A stretch of DNA of 63,991 bases, filler included, from an uncultured bacterium (GTDB lineage: Bacteria; CAYJRR01), in assembly GCA_964372275.1 (NCBI GenBank). It is 3 parts of 3 records of this genome, joined end to end, with 100 filler letters (N's around TTAATTAATTAA, not from the genome) between each part and the next. Parts side by side here need not be neighbours in the genome. Positions count along the whole stretch, not along the records: positions 29,360 to 58,304 come from CAYJRR010000058.1; positions 58,405 to 63,991 come from CAYJRR010000194.1; 1 more part is not named here. The stretch is one strand, 5' to 3'. How positions within the stretch are numbered: position 1 is the first letter of the stretch; each line of letters begins with the position of its first letter. The position numbers were made by a program, and so were the translations under genes. The notes below the pieces were generated by a model. The model searched no databases. It was not told the origin of the DNA and saw nothing but the letters and a program-made list of their open reading frames with translations. This document shows positions 55,033 to 63,991 of the stretch, piece after piece.

Positions 55033-56166
55033 ATGGCGGAGCGGCTCCGAGAGTTTTTCTCGCCGGCGCGGGTGCGGCGACTCGCCGCCGACCTTGCGCG
55101 CGTCGACCCGCGGTTTCCCGAGCGGGCGTTCGTCAAGGACGCCTGCTCCGGTCTGGAGTCGCTCGACCTGCTCGACCGCGGAAAGCGGATCGCCGCCGCC
55201 CTCGCCAAACACCTTCCGCCGGCGTACCCGGAGGCCATCGAGGTGCTTCTCCGTTCGCTCGGACCGGAGCACGCCACCGACGAGCTGCTCGGGGCGGGGA
55301 TGGCGCCCTTCTACTACCTGCCGCACGTGCTCTTCGTCGCGGAGCGCGGGCTGTCGGAGTTCGACCTGTCGATGCGCGCGCAGTACGAGCTGACCAAGCG
55401 CTTCAGCGCCGAGTCGAGCATGCGCCCCTACATCGAACACGATCCGGAGCGGACGTTCGCGGTTCTCCGCCGCTGGGCGGCCGACCCGAGCCCCCACGTG
55501 CGGCGACTCGTCTCCGAATGCACGCGGCTCCGGCTCCCGTGGGCCCCCCGCGTTCGCTGGCTCGACGAGAACCCCGGGCGCGTCGTCGAGCTGCTGGAGC
55601 TCCTCAAGGACGATCCGTCGACGATGGTCCGGCGCAGCGTCGCGAACAACCTGAACGACCTGGGCAAGGTGAGGCCCGACCTGCTCACGCGCATCTGCGG
55701 CGCCTGGCTGGAGGGGGCGTCCGTCGCGCGGCGCGCGCTGGTCGAGCACGCGTTGCGAAGCGCGGTGAAGCGCGGCGAGGCCGGCGCGCTGCGGCTGCTC
55801 GGCTACGGACGGGAGCCGGCGGTCCGGGTCGAGTCGGTGCGGTTCGAGCCGGCGCGCGTCGCCGTCGGCGGGCGCGTCGCGATGCGCTTCGTCCTGCGCA
55901 GCCGCTCCTCCCGGGCGCAGGACCTCCTGGTCGACGTCGCCGTCCACTTCGTGAAGGCAAACGGAACCGCCCGGCCGAAGGTGTTCAAGCTCTCGCGGAT
56001 CACCCTTCCGCCGCGGGGACGGCTGGAGCTCCGGACCCGGTTCTCCCTCGCCGTTCACTCCACGCGCGTGCCGCGGCCGGGACACCACGCCGTCGACGTG
56101 GTCGTGAACGGCCACGCCTTCCGCGCCGGTTCGTTCGAAGTCACGCCTGCTCGAGCACGGCCTTGA
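55033..56166 (+). CDS. DNA alkylation repair protein (AlkC/AlkD HEAT-repeat glycosylase-like)
   Basis: ELTKRFSAESSMRP, HVRRLVSECTRLRLPW, LKDDPSTMVRRSVANNLND, KVFKL, PGHH Ig-like tail. Confidence 0.88.
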   Translation: MAERLREFFSPARVRRLAADLARVDPRFPERAFVKDACSGLESLDLLDRGKRIAAALAKHLPPAYPEAIEVLLRSLGPEHATDELLGAGMAPFYYLPHVLFVAERGLSEFDLSMRAQYELTKRFSAESSMRPYIEHDPERTFAVLRRWAADPSPHVRRLVSECTRLRLPWAPRVRWLDENPGRVVELLELLKDDPSTMVRRSVANNLNDLGKVRPDLLTRICGAWLEGASVARRALVEHALRSAVKRGEAGALRLLGYGREPAVRVESVRFEPARVAVGGRVAMRFVLRSRSSRAQDLLVDVAVHFVKANGTARPKVFKLSRITLPPRGRLELRTRFSLAVHSTRVPRPGHHAVDVVVNGHAFRAGSFEVTPARARP

Positions 56167-56219
56167 GACGCGCGAGGTCCTTCTCGTTCGCCCGGCGCAT
56201 CGCGGACCGCATCAAGGGC

Positions 56220-56557
56220 GCCGCGCATACCGCGACCAGCCGCCCAAGAATGCACGGATCGGAGCGTTCCTCGAGGGAGACCTCTACCTGGGCATCGACC
56301 CATTCGATTACTTCGAGCGCCTCTACAAGGTCCCCGGCATGCCGCCGCTCTCGTACCAGTGGATCATCCGTGAGATCCAGCTTGAGACGACGCCGTGGCG
56401 CGAAGGCAGGCTACCCAACGGCGCTGTGTCCCGCGAGCGCGATGACAGCAAGGAGTCGTTCGCGCCGGTGACGGCGACCAACGCATGGCACGACGACGGC
56501 GGCCATGGCCACTACGTCCTGAGCTGCACGCGCGCGAGCGGCCCGGAGATGCCGTGA
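56220..56557 (+). pseudogene. 5'-truncated hypothetical gene
   Basis: Protein-like frame RAYRDQPP..IGAFLEGDLYLGIDPFDYFE...TNAWHDDGGHGHYVL has no credible start; its TGA overlaps the next GTG. Confidence 0.5.
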
Positions 56558-57135
56558 ACGAACCGGCTCGCTTCGTCGTCCCGCCCTTGCTGCTCGCGCA
56601 GCTTCGCGAACGTCGCGCACAGCAACGTGCGCGCTGGCAGCCGCGCGCGCCCACCTCGAGGACACCGAGCTTGATTGAGACATTCAAGGGGCTCGTCAGC
56701 TCGGCAGCGCCAGATACTAAGGAGGCGGCCGCAACCTTCGTCGAGGGCATGGGTGCGCTGCAGATCGAGGTCGAGGATCGCGAGGACGCGTTCCTGCTCG
56801 ATCCTGGCATGGGGCCGATGGCCTACCTCACGACCGACGGTCGGGTGCTCGAGGACCACCGGAGCTGGGACGGCGACGGGCTCCGCGAGGCCATGCTCGA
56901 CGACGCGATTGCGGCGCTGGTGGTCGGCGCCAAGAAGACGGGCATCGCCGACCTCTTGAGCCTCGTTCCGCCGTGTCCCGACGACGGCTCGCGATGCCCG
57001 CGCTGCGAGGGCGAACGCTGGGACAAGCCGTTGCGCGAGCATGGCCTGGAGATCATCTGCGGACTCTGTCGCGGGCGCGGCTGGATGACTAATGTGTTGC
57101 TCGAGGTGGCGAAGGCACGCGGCGTCACCGTGTGA
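56554..57135 (+). CDS. Hypothetical protein with C-terminal zinc finger
   Basis: CPRCEGERW...ICGLCRGRGW; GTGA coupling to the upstream frame. Confidence 0.65.
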   Translation: MNEPARFVVPPLLLAQLRERRAQQRARWQPRAPTSRTPSLIETFKGLVSSAAPDTKEAAATFVEGMGALQIEVEDREDAFLLDPGMGPMAYLTTDGRVLEDHRSWDGDGLREAMLDDAIAALVVGAKKTGIADLLSLVPPCPDDGSRCPRCEGERWDKPLREHGLEIICGLCRGRGWMTNVLLEVAKARGVTV

Positions 57136-57157
57136 ATGGTGGCGCTCCGAGCAAGGC

Positions 57158-57691
57158 TCACGTCGGAAGCTCGGGCGGGTATGAGCCTCCGACAGCTTCG
57201 CCGTTCGCGACCTCGACGGAGAAGGGCGTCCACTCGTCCGTCATCGGGTCGTACGCGTTCCCCACGATCCGCTCGCCGTCGACGCGGACGTCCATCATCC
57301 CGTCCCACGACAGGCGCCGCGTCCTCCAGAGCAAGCGCTCGCCATCGGTCGCCTCGAGCCAGAGGCCGTTCGAGAAGACGGTGCGATCCGCGAGGTCGAA
57401 CACGTGCTCGATCTGGCCACCGAAGGTACGGACGCAGGAGCGTGAGACAGGATCGACGACGTAGGCCTGCCCACCAGCGATAACGGTAACGGTACCGTCC
57501 CCGCGCGAGGCGATGACGACATCAAGGCTCGTCATGCTCCGCTGGAAGTTGCCGATCCATGAGGGCGCATCGGGCGGTGTGAACTCGACGACAAAGCCCT
57601 CACGGTGCATGCCCTGGCCGGTGGCGCTGAACTGCTCCGGCATGTCGCCATACGCCGGAAGCCCGTCGAGCACTCGCCACGTCGAGTTCAT
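57158..57691 (-). CDS. Hypothetical protein
   Basis: GAGGTAGG SD; globular beta-rich composition (WIGNFQ, IAGGQAYVVDP, WRTRRLSWDGM). Confidence 0.7.
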   Translation of the reverse strand: MNSTWRVLDGLPAYGDMPEQFSATGQGMHREGFVVEFTPPDAPSWIGNFQRSMTSLDVVIASRGDGTVTVIAGGQAYVVDPVSRSCVRTFGGQIEHVFDLADRTVFSNGLWLEATDGERLLWRTRRLSWDGMMDVRVDGERIVGNAYDPMTDEWTPFSVEVANGEAVGGSYPPELPT

Positions 57692-57694
57692 CGC

Positions 57695-57984
57695 CTACCT
57701 CGCTGTGGTGCTCTCATTGCCCGACGATAGTAGCAGGAGAGGAGGATCGAAGATCGCGACGGCGGTGACATCGAGAGGGATCTTCTTCGGCACAGAGGAT
57801 CGCGGTCCCTGCGCTCGTGCACGAGCGCGGCGAGCTGGTCGATGCCAGCCTTGAAGTCGGGCGCGTCCGCGCGACGCACGTAGTCGACGCTGCCATCGGG
57901 CTTGTAGAACTCCGCGCCGACGGGGCGCCAGCCGAGCTTGAACAGAGACCACGGAGATTCTCCAGAGAGCACGCGGACCTGCAT
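57695..57984 (-). pseudogene. Possible frameshifted gene remnant
   Basis: MQVRVL...LGWRPVGAEFYKPDG...IDQLAALV in one frame; SVPKKIPLDVTAVAIFDPPLLL in another. Confidence 0.35.
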
Positions 57985-58226
57985 GTTGCGCGCGCCCGCG
58001 GAGAGCGGTTCGCGTGTTCGCGCCGATTCTCTCCGGCTGCAAAACGGAGGGCGGTTTGCGTTAAACGGGCTCCGGGTTCTCTCTCCCCGGTCTCCGCCCC
58101 AAACGGCCCCCGAGAGAGCGATCGTGCCCGCGCCGGCGCGCCCGTCCACTCTCCACTTCGCGCGCGGAGATCGCGTCCATGATCGGCGCGCTCGCGCATC
58201 CCCGCGGCACAACGCCAGAAAGGCGA

Positions 58227-58304
58227 AGCCCCGATCACCTCGCGATGACCGGGGCTCTGGTTGAACAACGGGTCGCCTGGTTTGAAAGGCGACGATATGG
58301 CTCC
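58227..58304 (-). other. Two hairpins and a possible tRNA 3' end (GGAGCCA) at the contig edge
   Basis: agccccg...cggggct and gtcgcct...aggcgac stems; contig ends in tggctcc. Confidence 0.3.
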
Positions 58305-58404
58305 NNNNNNNNNNNNNNNNNNNNNNNNNNNNNNNNNNNNNNNNNNNNTTAATTAATTAANNNNNNNNNNNNNNNNNNNNNNNNNNNNNNNNNNNNNNNN
58401 NNNN
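58305..58404. other. Artificial contig spacer
   Basis: N44-TTAATTAATTAA-N44. Confidence 0.98.
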
Positions 58405-59816
<1,412 letters not shown>

Positions 59817-60013
59817 GGGGGAGGGCAGTGTATGCGCGCGACGCCGCGCCGCAAACCGGACGGGTCACGAAGCGACCGCCGGCGAACCGGCCGGGACATT
59901 CGATGCGCCGGCCGGGTGTTTTTGGCCCACCCCGAGCGGTCCAGTGGCCGAAACGACACCCCCCCCGGATCGCCAACCCCTTGAAATCGCTCCGGCCGAG
60001 CCGAGGTGACGGA

Positions 60014-60029
60014 TGGCACGGCGGTTGCG
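60014..60029 (+). promoter_or_regulatory. Sigma54 (-24/-12) promoter
   Basis: TGGCAC-GGCGG-TTGC with exact spacing; IHF-like caaccccttgaaat about 30-40 bp upstream. Confidence 0.75.
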
Positions 60030-60079
60030 AAACCGTCGATTCCATCGGCGCTTTCGCGGGTGGAGGGGAGCCGGAGGGG

Positions 60080-60808
60080 ATGCGGACGGGACGGAGATCG
60101 ACGGGGACGGCATGGGCGCTCGCCGCCGCGCTCCTCGTCGCCGGGACGGGCGTTCCATCGCCGGCGGCCGCACGCACCCGGGAGACGTCCTCACCCACGA
60201 TCTCGGATTCGGTCCGGCGCCACGCCTTCCTCGCCGACGTGATGCTCGTGTTGGAGCGGAGCCGATCGCCGATCGCCGCCAACACGACGCAGGCGATCCA
60301 TGACGGCCTTCTGGAGATCGACACGCTCGACCGCCTCACGGTCGAGGACTGCCGGCAGCTGATCGACGAGAACCCCCGCCAGTGGCAGGGGCTCGCGGCC
60401 GCCGACGACTGCGTCGCCGGCCCGAACGGACGGGCGCGCGTCCCGGCCGCGATCCTGGCGCGCGTCTCCGGTTTTCAGCACGAGAACCGCGTCTACCTGA
60501 ATCGTTCGGTGAACCCGTCGGACGCGGCGGTGACCGTCGTCCACGAAGCCAATCACGTCGCCAACGGGACGCACCATCGCTACGCCACCGACGCGCAGAA
60601 GCTCGAGGAGGAGTACCGCGCCTACTGGGTGGCGATCGTCTACGCCGACGGTCGCGCGCCGGGCGCCGGTTACCTCGCCTGGCTGAAGGGCTGGATCATC
60701 CAGCAGTACGGCCTGCGCGGCGTCTCCCCGGGCGAACTTCCGGACCTGCCGAGCGGGATCCTCGAGAACCGCTTCGACGCGACGACCACCGTCGCCGTCG
60801 ACGGCTAA
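60080..60808 (+). CDS. Secreted protein with HExxH zinc-metallopeptidase-like motif
   Basis: GGAGG SD, signal peptide, VYLN...TVVHEANH...EEEYRAY. Confidence 0.75.
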   Translation: MRTGRRSTGTAWALAAALLVAGTGVPSPAAARTRETSSPTISDSVRRHAFLADVMLVLERSRSPIAANTTQAIHDGLLEIDTLDRLTVEDCRQLIDENPRQWQGLAAADDCVAGPNGRARVPAAILARVSGFQHENRVYLNRSVNPSDAAVTVVHEANHVANGTHHRYATDAQKLEEEYRAYWVAIVYADGRAPGAGYLAWLKGWIIQQYGLRGVSPGELPDLPSGILENRFDATTTVAVDG

Positions 60809-60849
60809 AAAAGGTTCGAGCCGACGGTCGCCCGCCGGCTCGAACCCCC
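60806..60849 (-). terminator. Rho-independent terminator between convergent genes
   Basis: ggttcgagccg...cggctcgaacc stem, followed by a T-run on the minus strand. Confidence 0.65.
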
Positions 60850-60871
60850 TCCCCGGTCTGACCCAAGTGCG

Positions 60872-61279
60872 TTAGTTCGTGGCGTCGGGCGGTGCGACGG
60901 GCGGCAGCTCGTCGACGTTCACCAGAATCGGTTCCAGCGTCGGCGAGGACGCGACCGCCGGCTCCTCCACGACGATCTCGTACTCGATGCGCTTGTGGGG
61001 CTCGCGAAGGCTCCAGGTCGAAACGATCGTCCGTCCCGGCGACGTGGTGCGCAGGCTGACCGAGCGAAGCGATTCGTCCATCTCGGCCATCGCCACGTGC
61101 CGGTCGGCGGTGCGCGCGCGTCCGATGAAGAAGCCGGGCTGGAGGTGGAGCTCACTCCCGATCGGGACGCGCAGCACCTCGTGCCGGATCAGCAGCGCTT
61201 CGGCCGCGTTCGCGCTTCCCGCCCACGTCGTCGCCGCCACGGCGAGGACCCACGCCACCACCATCGCGATCTTTCTCAT
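60872..61279 (-). CDS. Secreted protein with pilus-formation/secretin N-terminal-like domain
   Basis: Signal peptide (ANA); VPIGSELHL...ADRHVA...VSLRTTSPGRTIVSTW pattern; GGGAGAGG SD. Confidence 0.6.
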   Translation of the reverse strand: MRKIAMVVAWVLAVAATTWAGSANAAEALLIRHEVLRVPIGSELHLQPGFFIGRARTADRHVAMAEMDESLRSVSLRTTSPGRTIVSTWSLREPHKRIEYEIVVEEPAVASSPTLEPILVNVDELPPVAPPDATN

Positions 61280-61327
61280 CCGCCTCTCCCTTCGAATCGC
61301 TCGCGGTCCGTTGCCGATGGAGGACGC

Positions 61328-61343
61328 AGCAAGGGATGGACCA
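61328..61343 (-). promoter_or_regulatory. Sigma54 (-24/-12) promoter
   Basis: Minus strand TGGTCC-ATCCC-TTGCT with exact GG..GC spacing, preceded by an AT-rich tract (61351-61490). Confidence 0.6.
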
Positions 61344-61535
61344 CGGAGGGCTTAATTCGTGACAGAAGGTTACGGTAAAGATTCTAATGAAATACTAGCA
61401 GGATAGTCCATCGATAAAACCGATCATCGCCAAGTTTCGCGTTGTACGGTCACACAATTTGGAAAACAGGTCCCAGTTTGAGGAGTTTGTGTCGCAGTGC
61501 GGGCGGCCGGACGGGCGGCGCTACACTGCCGTTCC

Positions 61536-62120
61536 GTGTCGAAGGGGCCCCCGCTCACCCCCGAGCTGATCGTCACCGCCTACTGCCAGGGGATCTTCCC
61601 GATGGCCGACGAACGCGGCCGCATCGGCTGGTACTCCCCCGATCCACGCGCCGTCTTTCCCCTCGACGCCTTCCACGTTCCGCGCTCGCTGCGGAAGACG
61701 ATCCGCCGCGGCGGCTTCGAGGTCCGTGTCGACACGTCGTTCGAAGCGGTGGTCCGCGGCTGTGCCGACCGGGAGTCGACCTGGATCAGCGAGGCGATCG
61801 TTCGCGGCTACACCGAGCTCCACCGCCTGGGGATGGCCCACAGCGTCGAGGCGTGGCGCGAGGGACGGCTGGCCGGCGGCCTCTACGGCGTCGCGATCCG
61901 CGGCGCCTTCATGGGGGAGTCGATGTTCTCCCGCGCCCCCGACGCGTCGAAGGTCGCGTTGGTGGCGCTGGTCGAACGGCTGCGCGAACGGGGCTTTCGT
62001 CTGCTCGACAGCCAGATGCCGACGGAGCACCTGCGGCGCTTCGGGCAGGTGGTGATCCCGCGGGAGGAGTACCTACGAAGGCTCGCGGCGGCGTTGGAAC
62101 TTGATCGCCGTTTCGGGTGA
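61536..62120 (+). CDS. aat: Leucyl/phenylalanyl-tRNA--protein transferase
   Basis: AY-QGIFPM, WYSPDPRAV, STWI, AHSVEAW, GGLYGV...GESMFS..DASKVAL. Confidence 0.95.
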   Translation: MSKGPPLTPELIVTAYCQGIFPMADERGRIGWYSPDPRAVFPLDAFHVPRSLRKTIRRGGFEVRVDTSFEAVVRGCADRESTWISEAIVRGYTELHRLGMAHSVEAWREGRLAGGLYGVAIRGAFMGESMFSRAPDASKVALVALVERLRERGFRLLDSQMPTEHLRRFGQVVIPREEYLRRLAAALELDRRFG

Positions 62121-62130
62121 CGGCCGATCC

Positions 62131-62248
62131 AATGGAAAATGGAAAATGGAGAATGGAAAACCGGCCAATGGTTCCGTTGTCCGTTGGTCATTCGACACCC
62201 GCCAACGGCTCCATTTTCCGTTGGCCGGTTGTCCATTTTCCATTTTCC
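62131..62248. repeat. Palindromic heptamer-repeat element
   Basis: (aatggaa)n-ccggccaa ... ttggccgg-ttgtcca-(ttttcca)n between convergent genes. Confidence 0.75.
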
Positions 62249-62255
62249 GGATTCC

Positions 62256-63991
62256 TCAAGAACCTTGCGCCGCGGGGGGAACGGTTTCGCCAGGTTTTGA
62301 CGTCTCCGGCGGATTCTCGGTGTCGCGCAGCGCGATCACGTTGCCGTTGCCGTTTCCGCCGTTCGTCGGGCCGGTGGTGGCCGCCACGATCGAGTTCGGA
62401 CCAGCAGATGCTCGTCCCTCGTCGCGTTGCTTCTCCTTCAGCCGCTTGATCGCCCCGGCCATGATCTCGCCGATCAGGCTCCGGTAGTCGATCCCGGCCG
62501 CCTTGGCGATCAGCACCAGGTCGCTGAAGTCGGGCGTCAGCCCCGGCAGCGGATTGATCTCGATGACGTAGACCTTGCCGTCGGGGGCCATGCGCAGGTC
62601 GACCCGCGCCACGTCGCGGCAGTCGAGCGCCGTGAAGCAGTCGCGGGCCGCCTTCTCCAGCGCCCGCGATTCCGACGGCGTCAGCTTCGCCGGACACTCG
62701 TAGGCGACGTGCTTGTCCCAGTCCTGTTTGATGGCGAAGGAGTAGACCGGGCGCTTGAGCGTCGGATCGGTGAAGACGATCTCCATCGGCGGAAGGACCC
62801 GCGGTCGGCGCTCGCCCAACAGACCGACGGTGAACTCGCGGCCGGTGATGTACTCCTCGACCAGCGCCGGCTGCTGGTAGCGCTCGATCGACTGCTTCAC
62901 CACCGCCTTCAGCGTCTCCTCGTCCTCGACGACGCTCTTGTCGCCGATCCCCTTGGAGGTGCCCTCGGCGATCGGCTTCACGATCAACGGGAAGCGCAGC
63001 TTCTTCTCCACCCGCTCGCGACCCGTCTCGAACACCTGGTACTCGGGGGTGTCGATGTCGTGCTGCTTGAGGATCTTCTTGGTGAGACCCTTGTCGAGAC
63101 AGAGCGCGAGCGTCGCCGAATCGCTGCCGGTGTAGGGGATGTTGAGCAGCTCGCAGAGGGCCGGGATCAGCGCCTCGCGGTTGCGCCCGCGGGCGTACTC
63201 CTTCATCCCTTCGGCGATGTTGAAGACGAAATCGACGGGGCTGTCGGAGAGGACCCGCGCGAGATCCGAGGTCGCCTCCAGCATCACCACCGTGTGGCCG
63301 TAGCTCTCGATCGCGGCGCGGATGGCGTCGATCGTCTTCGGCGGATCGAACTCCGCCTCCTGGTCCTGGCTCCCGTCCTCGACCGGCGCGACGCGCTTCA
63401 GGTTGTAGGTGAATCCGATCCGGTAGGGGCCGGACGACCTGCGGCGCGGTTTCTTCGCCTTGTCGAGCAGCCCCGTCAGGTTGCAGCGCTGCGCGGCGCT
63501 CCCCAGGATCGCCTGCACCGTCTGCGCGTAGTCCAGCCCCGCGCGCGCGGTCGCGGCGAAGATCCCGGCGGCCGGCTCCAGGGAGGGGAGCGCGTTCACC
63601 TCCAGGAAATGGATCTCGCCGTCGTTGCTCATGCGGAAGTCGACGCGCGCCATGTCCCGGATGTCGAAGGCTCGGATCACGCGTCGGGCCAGCTCCCGCA
63701 GGCGTCCCGAGACCGCGGGGTCGATCTGCGCGGGGCAACGGACCTGCACCAGCTCGGACGCCTCGTTCTTCAGGTGGTAGTCGTAGATCTCGTAGCGTTG
63801 CTTGTACTCCGGGTCGATGACGTATTCGGTCGTCTCCAGCACGCCGTCCGGACCGACGCCGTTGACGAACGGGACCGCGAGGTCCTTGCCGGGGATGAAC
63901 TTCTCGACGAGCAGTCCGGCCGGGTAGACCTCGAGCATCTCCTCCAGCACGCGGGCGAGCTGTCCCGGGTCCTCGGCGACGGAGCGGTCGC
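62256..63991 (-). CDS. Fused tandem D-Ala-D-Ala-ligase-like ATP-grasp protein (5' part lies beyond the window)
   Basis: First domain: VEKFIPG, ARVDFR, FLEVNALPSL. Second domain: IPYTGSD, DK..TK, FPLIVKP..EGTSKG, VEEYITGRE, RVDLR, EINPLPG. Confidence 0.9.
   Translation of the reverse strand, partial: DRSVAEDPGQLARVLEEMLEVYPAGLLVEKFIPGKDLAVPFVNGVGPDGVLETTEYVIDPEYKQRYEIYDYHLKNEASELVQVRCPAQIDPAVSGRLRELARRVIRAFDIRDMARVDFRMSNDGEIHFLEVNALPSLEPAAGIFAATARAGLDYAQTVQAILGSAAQRCNLTGLLDKAKKPRRRSSGPYRIGFTYNLKRVAPVEDGSQDQEAEFDPPKTIDAIRAAIESYGHTVVMLEATSDLARVLSDSPVDFVFNIAEGMKEYARGRNREALIPALCELLNIPYTGSDSATLALCLDKGLTKKILKQHDIDTPEYQVFETGRERVEKKLRFPLIVKPIAEGTSKGIGDKSVVEDEETLKAVVKQSIERYQQPALVEEYITGREFTVGLLGERRPRVLPPMEIVFTDPTLKRPVYSFAIKQDWDKHVAYECPAKLTPSESRALEKAARDCFTALDCRDVARVDLRMAPDGKVYVIEINPLPGLTPDFSDLVLIAKAAGIDYRSLIGEIMAGAIKRLKEKQRDEGRASAGPNSIVAATTGPTNGGNGNGNVIALRDTENPPETSKPGETVPPAAQGS

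Overview
This is high-GC (about 70% by eye) bacterial DNA with Myxococcota/deltaproteobacterial-style gene content (PEGA Ser/Thr kinase, TIGR02266-type PilZ protein, poly-HAMP kinase, Ddl-like ATP-grasp protein). It consists of three contigs joined by artificial N-TTAATTAATTAA-N spacers (29260-29359, 58305-58404), so adjacency across the spacers means nothing; contig 2 begins with an Illumina adapter remnant. Contig 1 carries ahcY (partial), an EcsC-family gene, a stand-alone RQC protein, a GT2 glycosyltransferase, a TPR/PEGA protein and a Ser/Thr kinase, tupABC, a MacAB-TolC-type exporter, nadE, a class III cyclase, PilZ, glpK, a solute-binding protein/hybrid kinase/response regulator unit, lipoproteins and PadR. 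Contig 2 carries hppA (partial), a general-stress-like cluster (BON-SRPBCC, PfpI, YgaP-like, SDRs, GH15, poly-HAMP and other kinases), a mug gene with frame anomalies at both ends, a decayed ArsR-SRPBCC pair, an ECF42 operon, an AlkC/D-like repair gene and a decaying foreign-looking islet that may abut a tRNA 3' end. Contig 3 carries acs (partial), two convergent secreted-protein genes that each have a sigma54-type promoter, aat, a heptamer palindrome and a fused double ATP-grasp ligase. No rRNA, complete tRNA, CRISPR array, transposase or known defence system is visible. The best novelty candidates are the sigma54 HExxH/pilus-N pair, the double ATP-grasp ligase, the mug read-through, a nested structured intergenic element, apparently widespread leaderless starts and a permuted NlpC/P60-like lipoprotein. 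All product calls come from motif recognition by eye; no database searches were run.
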